A stretch of DNA of 64,000 nt from contig CAWGPZ010000009.1 in assembly GCA_963824605.1 (NCBI GenBank), positions 127,763 to 191,762 on the forward strand. Direction: 5' to 3'. How positions within the stretch are numbered: the first letter of the stretch is position 1; each line of letters starts with the position of its first letter. Below, piece by piece: positions 60,439-64,000 of this stretch. A model generated the notes under the pieces. It was not told where the DNA came from. It was given only the letters and a program-made list of their open reading frames with translations, and did not search any database. The DNA comes from an uncultured Actinomycetota bacterium. Lineage in GTDB: Bacteria; Actinomycetota; Actinomycetes; JAHEKZ01. The position numbers and the translations under genes were made by a program.

Positions 60439-61287
60439 ATGATGTCCGGAACGCTGACTCGCCCCGCCGCTGAGCCAATGGCACACGCCCTGGTTCTCCT
60501 TCACCGCTACACCGTCGTCCTCACCGAGGTGGCAGCGAACTCTCTGGGAAATGACCGAACCGGAAACCGAGACATCCAGTTCCTGCTGACCATCCAGCTG
60601 GCCGGCCCACTTTCCCCGACCAGACTCGCCCAGCTGACTGGCGCGAGTCGAAACACCGTTGCCCGATCGCTCGAGCGGCTTAGCTCAGCCGGGTGGATCT
60701 CACGCTCACCGGACCCGCGCGACGGGCGGAGCGTGATGATCAAGCTCACCCCGAACGGCAGTCGCCGCATACATGTTTTCATGTCTCTCGTCTCGGACCT
60801 CTTCGTGTCAGAGCAACCACTGGTGAAGGAGGTCTTGGACATCGTCGACCTCGACCCGGACCCAAGCAGCCTCCCGGCTTCCTTCAGCGTGGATGACGCC
60901 GTGATCGCGATGGCACTAGCCGGAGCACGGTTCGTAGTCGATGTCAGGGACGCTCTTGCACCATTCGGCCCCTTGGATGCAAGCGATCGATTCACTCTGG
61001 CGTTGCTGTATGCCAGAGGTACTCAGCGTCCTGGACAGCTGGCTGAGGAGCTGCGTTTCGCACCCAGCGGGATGTCCGGTGTCCTCGCCCGGCTGGAAGA
61101 CGCCGCACTCATTTCCCGGACGCATGATCACCGTCCAGATGATCGCCGCGCGGTGCTCGTGACGTTGACGCCCAGGGGAAGATCGGCAGCGAAAACCATG
61201 GTGGAGGTGTACGGACAGCATGCGGCGGAAATCGGGGCAGCGCTCACTCTGACGCTGAGCGCCACTCACCCCTCAGCATCGACATGA
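60439..61287 (+). CDS. Tandem double-MarR transcriptional regulator
   Basis: Two wHTH units: ..DPRDGRS..LTPNG and ..DDRRAV..LTPRG. Confidence 0.85.
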   Translation: MMSGTLTRPAAEPMAHALVLLHRYTVVLTEVAANSLGNDRTGNRDIQFLLTIQLAGPLSPTRLAQLTGASRNTVARSLERLSSAGWISRSPDPRDGRSVMIKLTPNGSRRIHVFMSLVSDLFVSEQPLVKEVLDIVDLDPDPSSLPASFSVDDAVIAMALAGARFVVDVRDALAPFGPLDASDRFTLALLYARGTQRPGQLAEELRFAPSGMSGVLARLEDAALISRTHDHRPDDRRAVLVTLTPRGRSAAKTMVEVYGQHAAEIGAALTLTLSATHPSAST

Positions 61288-61819
61288 CATGAGCGTCGAT
61301 CCACTCATTGTTGTACCGAAGAGCTTGACGGCGGGTCCCTTCATGCTGAAAGCCCACCTTCTCGTAGACATGACGAGCCCGCGGGTTGAAGTCGAAGACC
61401 TCGAGCTCGACGCGGTTGAGGCCTTGGTCATCGAAGGCGTGGCCCACCACTAGCCGCGTGGCCTCCGAACCAAGTCCGCGTCCGCTGGCTCCAGAGATCC
61501 ATATCCGGAACCCGCAGGACCGGTTGCCTTCATCGAGGTCGTTGAGGACAGCCTCACCAACGACTCGTTCGGTCTCTCGCTCCACGATCACCCACACGAT
61601 GCGGTCATGCGCCGTGGACCACCGTTCATACACCCCCTTGAGGTGCTCGACCGTCCAGGACGATTCTGAAGCCTCGTCATCGGAGTGCACCGACCCCGTG
61701 AGGCGACTCACCTCGGGGTCGAACATCAACGCGTGGAGCCTCTGCGCGTCAGAGGCCAGGGCCGGACGCAACTCCACCCGGTCACCGACAAGCGAGGGCT
61801 TGAGCGAGAAGTCGGGCAC
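61244..61819 (-). CDS. GNAT (RimJ/RimL-type) acetyltransferase
   Basis: GRGLGSEA, NPRARHVYEKVGF..EG. Confidence 0.87.
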   Translation of the reverse strand: MPDFSLKPSLVGDRVELRPALASDAQRLHALMFDPEVSRLTGSVHSDDEASESSWTVEHLKGVYERWSTAHDRIVWVIVERETERVVGEAVLNDLDEGNRSCGFRIWISGASGRGLGSEATRLVVGHAFDDQGLNRVELEVFDFNPRARHVYEKVGFQHEGTRRQALRYNNEWIDAHVMSMLRGEWRSASE

Positions 61820-61855
61820 GCACACACCCTGCCAGATCGAGCCAGTCGTCGTGGC

Positions 61856-62944
61856 CTACGAGGACGGGACCGGATTCGAGGATGAGCCTTCGGTGACGAG
61901 CAGGACGACGACGCTGTCCGGGGCCAGCTGGAGGTGTTGTCGACGCTCGATGTGTTCCCGTCCGGTCAGGATGACCTCGAGCGCGGCGAGTGAGGCCGCC
62001 CCGCACGGACCCGCGTCGACGCCGTAGCTGGCGAGTGTGTGTGCGGCCGAAGTGGCCGCGGTGTCGCTGACGGTGGTCGCGGCGTCGAGGCCATGAACGA
62101 TTAAAGGCCAGGCAGTCGACGACGGCGTGCCGCAGTTGAGGCCAGCCATGATGGTGGTTCCCGTGTCGACGGTGACCGGTGTGCCCTGAGCCAGGCTGGC
62201 CTGGACGCAAGCCGCACCTTCGGGTTCCACACTCACGACCGCTGTGCCGGGACGAGAGGCACGGCTGCGGTAGTGGATGAGCGCGGCATGCAGAAGCGAG
62301 CCGACACCAGTCGGGACGACAACGAGGGCAGGCTCCATGGCCCCGATGCCATCGAGCTGGTCGTCTATCTCGTGGAAGAGGGTGTCGTATCCATCGACGA
62401 TGGCCGCGGGGATGTCCTTGTACCCCTCCCATGCGGTGTCCTGCACGAGGACGGTTCCGGGTGCCTCGGCGGCTTCGCAAGCAGCGGCGACTGCGTCGTC
62501 GTACGTCCCGTCGACGCGGCCGACCTCGGCGCCCTCGTCGAGGATGTTCTGAACAGCGGTGGGATGGACACCGCGGGGGATGTAGATGCTGGCTCGGTGC
62601 CCGAGCTTCCGGGCGAACCGGGCAACGGCGCGGCCGTGGTTGCCGTCGGTGGCGGCAATGACGGTCAGCGGAGCACTTCCATGGTGGTCGGCCACGGCCA
62701 TGCGCACGGCCCATGACGCGCCGAGTCCCTTGAAGGCTCCCAGGCCGAGCCGGGTCGACTCGTCCTTCGCCAGCACCCGCCCTACACCCAAGTCTCTGGC
62801 CAATTCCGGAAGGTGGGTGAGCGGGGTCGGCAGGTAGCCGCCGAGCTCGCGGTGGAATGCCAGCGCGGCGCCGGAAGCGGGCCGGCAGCGCCACTGCATG
62901 GCACGGCGGCCGGCCAGCCAAGGAACTGATTGGTAGGAGAGCAT
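61856..62944 (-). CDS. Diaminopropionate ammonia-lyase (PLP)
   Basis: YLPTPL, KDESTRLGLGAFKGLG, TDGNHG, QDTAW, TIMAGLNCG. Confidence 0.87.
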   Translation of the reverse strand: MLSYQSVPWLAGRRAMQWRCRPASGAALAFHRELGGYLPTPLTHLPELARDLGVGRVLAKDESTRLGLGAFKGLGASWAVRMAVADHHGSAPLTVIAATDGNHGRAVARFARKLGHRASIYIPRGVHPTAVQNILDEGAEVGRVDGTYDDAVAAACEAAEAPGTVLVQDTAWEGYKDIPAAIVDGYDTLFHEIDDQLDGIGAMEPALVVVPTGVGSLLHAALIHYRSRASRPGTAVVSVEPEGAACVQASLAQGTPVTVDTGTTIMAGLNCGTPSSTAWPLIVHGLDAATTVSDTAATSAAHTLASYGVDAGPCGAASLAALEVILTGREHIERRQHLQLAPDSVVVLLVTEGSSSNPVPSS

Positions 62945-62962
62945 CGGAGCTACTTGTACCTC

Positions 62963-64000
62963 CTAGACGTTGAAGCGGAACTCCACCACATCGCCATCGT
63001 GCATGACGTAGTCCTTGCCCTCCATACGCACCTTGCCGGCTGCCTTGGCATCGGCCATCGACCCGGCGGCGACGAGGTCGTCGTACGACACCACCTCTGC
63101 CTTGATGAAGCCACGCTGGAAGTCGGTGTGAATCACCCCTGCAGCTTCCGGTGCGGTCGCCTTCTTGGGGATGGTCCAGGCTCGTGCTTCTTTCGGTCCT
63201 GCGGTCAGGTAGGTCTGCAACCCGAGCGTGTCGAAACCGACGCGGGCCAGCAGATCGAGACCTGACTCCTCCTGGCCAATCGACTGAAGGAGCTCGAGCG
63301 CCTCGTCATCGGGCAGCTCAACGAGCTCCGCCTCGATCTTGGCGTCGAGGAACACCGCCTCGGCCGGAGCGACGAGCGCCTGCATCTCCTCCTTGAGTGC
63401 GGTGTTTGCGAACTCGTCCTCGTCGAGGTTGAAGACGTAGATGAAGGGCTTTGCAGTGAGAAGCCACAGTTCGCGTAGTGGTTCAAGGTCGAGGCCGGCT
63501 GCGAACACGGTCTGTCCGGCGTCAAGGACCTCTTTGGCCTCTTCAACGGCAGCGACGATCTCGCTGCCCCCCTTGGTGAGGCGAGCCTCCTTCTGCAGGC
63601 GCGGCAGCGTCTTCTCGATCGTCTGCAGGTCGGCGAGAATCAGCTCGGTGTTGATGGTCTCGATGTCGTCCCTGGGTGAGACCTTGCCGTCGACATGCAC
63701 CACATCCGGATCGTCGAACACCCGGATCACCTGGCAGATCGCCTCAGCCTCCCGGATGTTGGCCAAGAACTTGTTGCCGAGCCCCTGCCCCTCGGACGCG
63801 CCGCGGACGATTCCCGCGATGTCGACGAACGAAACCGTGGCCGGCAGGACCTTCTGAGAGCCGAAGATCTCGGCCAGCACAGCCAGCCGCGGATCAGGCA
63901 CCCCCACGACTCCCACGTTGGGCTCGATGGTGGCGAAGGGGTAGTTCGCAGCGAGCACGTCGTTCTTGGTCAGCGCGTTGAAGAGCGTCGACTTGCCGAC
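62963..64000 (-). CDS. ychF: Redox-regulated ATPase YchF (5' end outside window)
   Basis: [34 protein letters not shown] domain ending FRFNV. Confidence 0.95.
   Translation of the reverse strand, partial: VGKSTLFNALTKNDVLAANYPFATIEPNVGVVGVPDPRLAVLAEIFGSQKVLPATVSFVDIAGIVRGASEGQGLGNKFLANIREAEAICQVIRVFDDPDVVHVDGKVSPRDDIETINTELILADLQTIEKTLPRLQKEARLTKGGSEIVAAVEEAKEVLDAGQTVFAAGLDLEPLRELWLLTAKPFIYVFNLDEDEFANTALKEEMQALVAPAEAVFLDAKIEAELVELPDDEALELLQSIGQEESGLDLLARVGFDTLGLQTYLTAGPKEARAWTIPKKATAPEAAGVIHTDFQRGFIKAEVVSYDDLVAAGSMADAKAAGKVRMEGKDYVMHDGDVVEFRFNV

Noticed and set aside
57116-61855. Mobile element or integrated island boundaries
   Set aside because: Composition looks atypical but no integrase, transposase, tRNA or flanking direct repeats were seen
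1-64000. tRNA, rRNA, prophage or anti-phage defence genes
   Set aside because: None recognisable in the window

Overview
High-GC actinobacterial chromosome segment with about 66 genes, mostly on the minus strand. The backbone is conserved actinomycete housekeeping: mrp-tatB-htrA, DUF3117-divIVA-folP2-LOG-dapE/dapD-dapC-fdxA, mshB, typA, the Sdh1-type succinate dehydrogenase operon and ychF. Accessory modules include a corrinoid methyl-transfer module (corrinoid protein, MetF, RACo-like activator), a split set of ethylmalonyl-CoA-pathway-like genes, a TPP-riboswitch-controlled nucleobase permease and an orphan MshEN-PilB ATPase. The standout locus (33.6-44.7 kb) is an FtsH-paralogue / CheW / 3 x MCP / CheA-REC / REC-GAF chemosensory operon lacking CheR and CheB. 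Its three receptors share near-identical 0.86-1.13 kb DNA blocks with strongly G/T-ending codons, and the same signature occurs in the corrinoid gene. A second unusual module is MarR2 / DmpA / MurT / catalytically degenerate GatD. Many single-base frameshifts suggest uncorrected long-read errors. All calls come from motif recognition by eye; no database searches were run.
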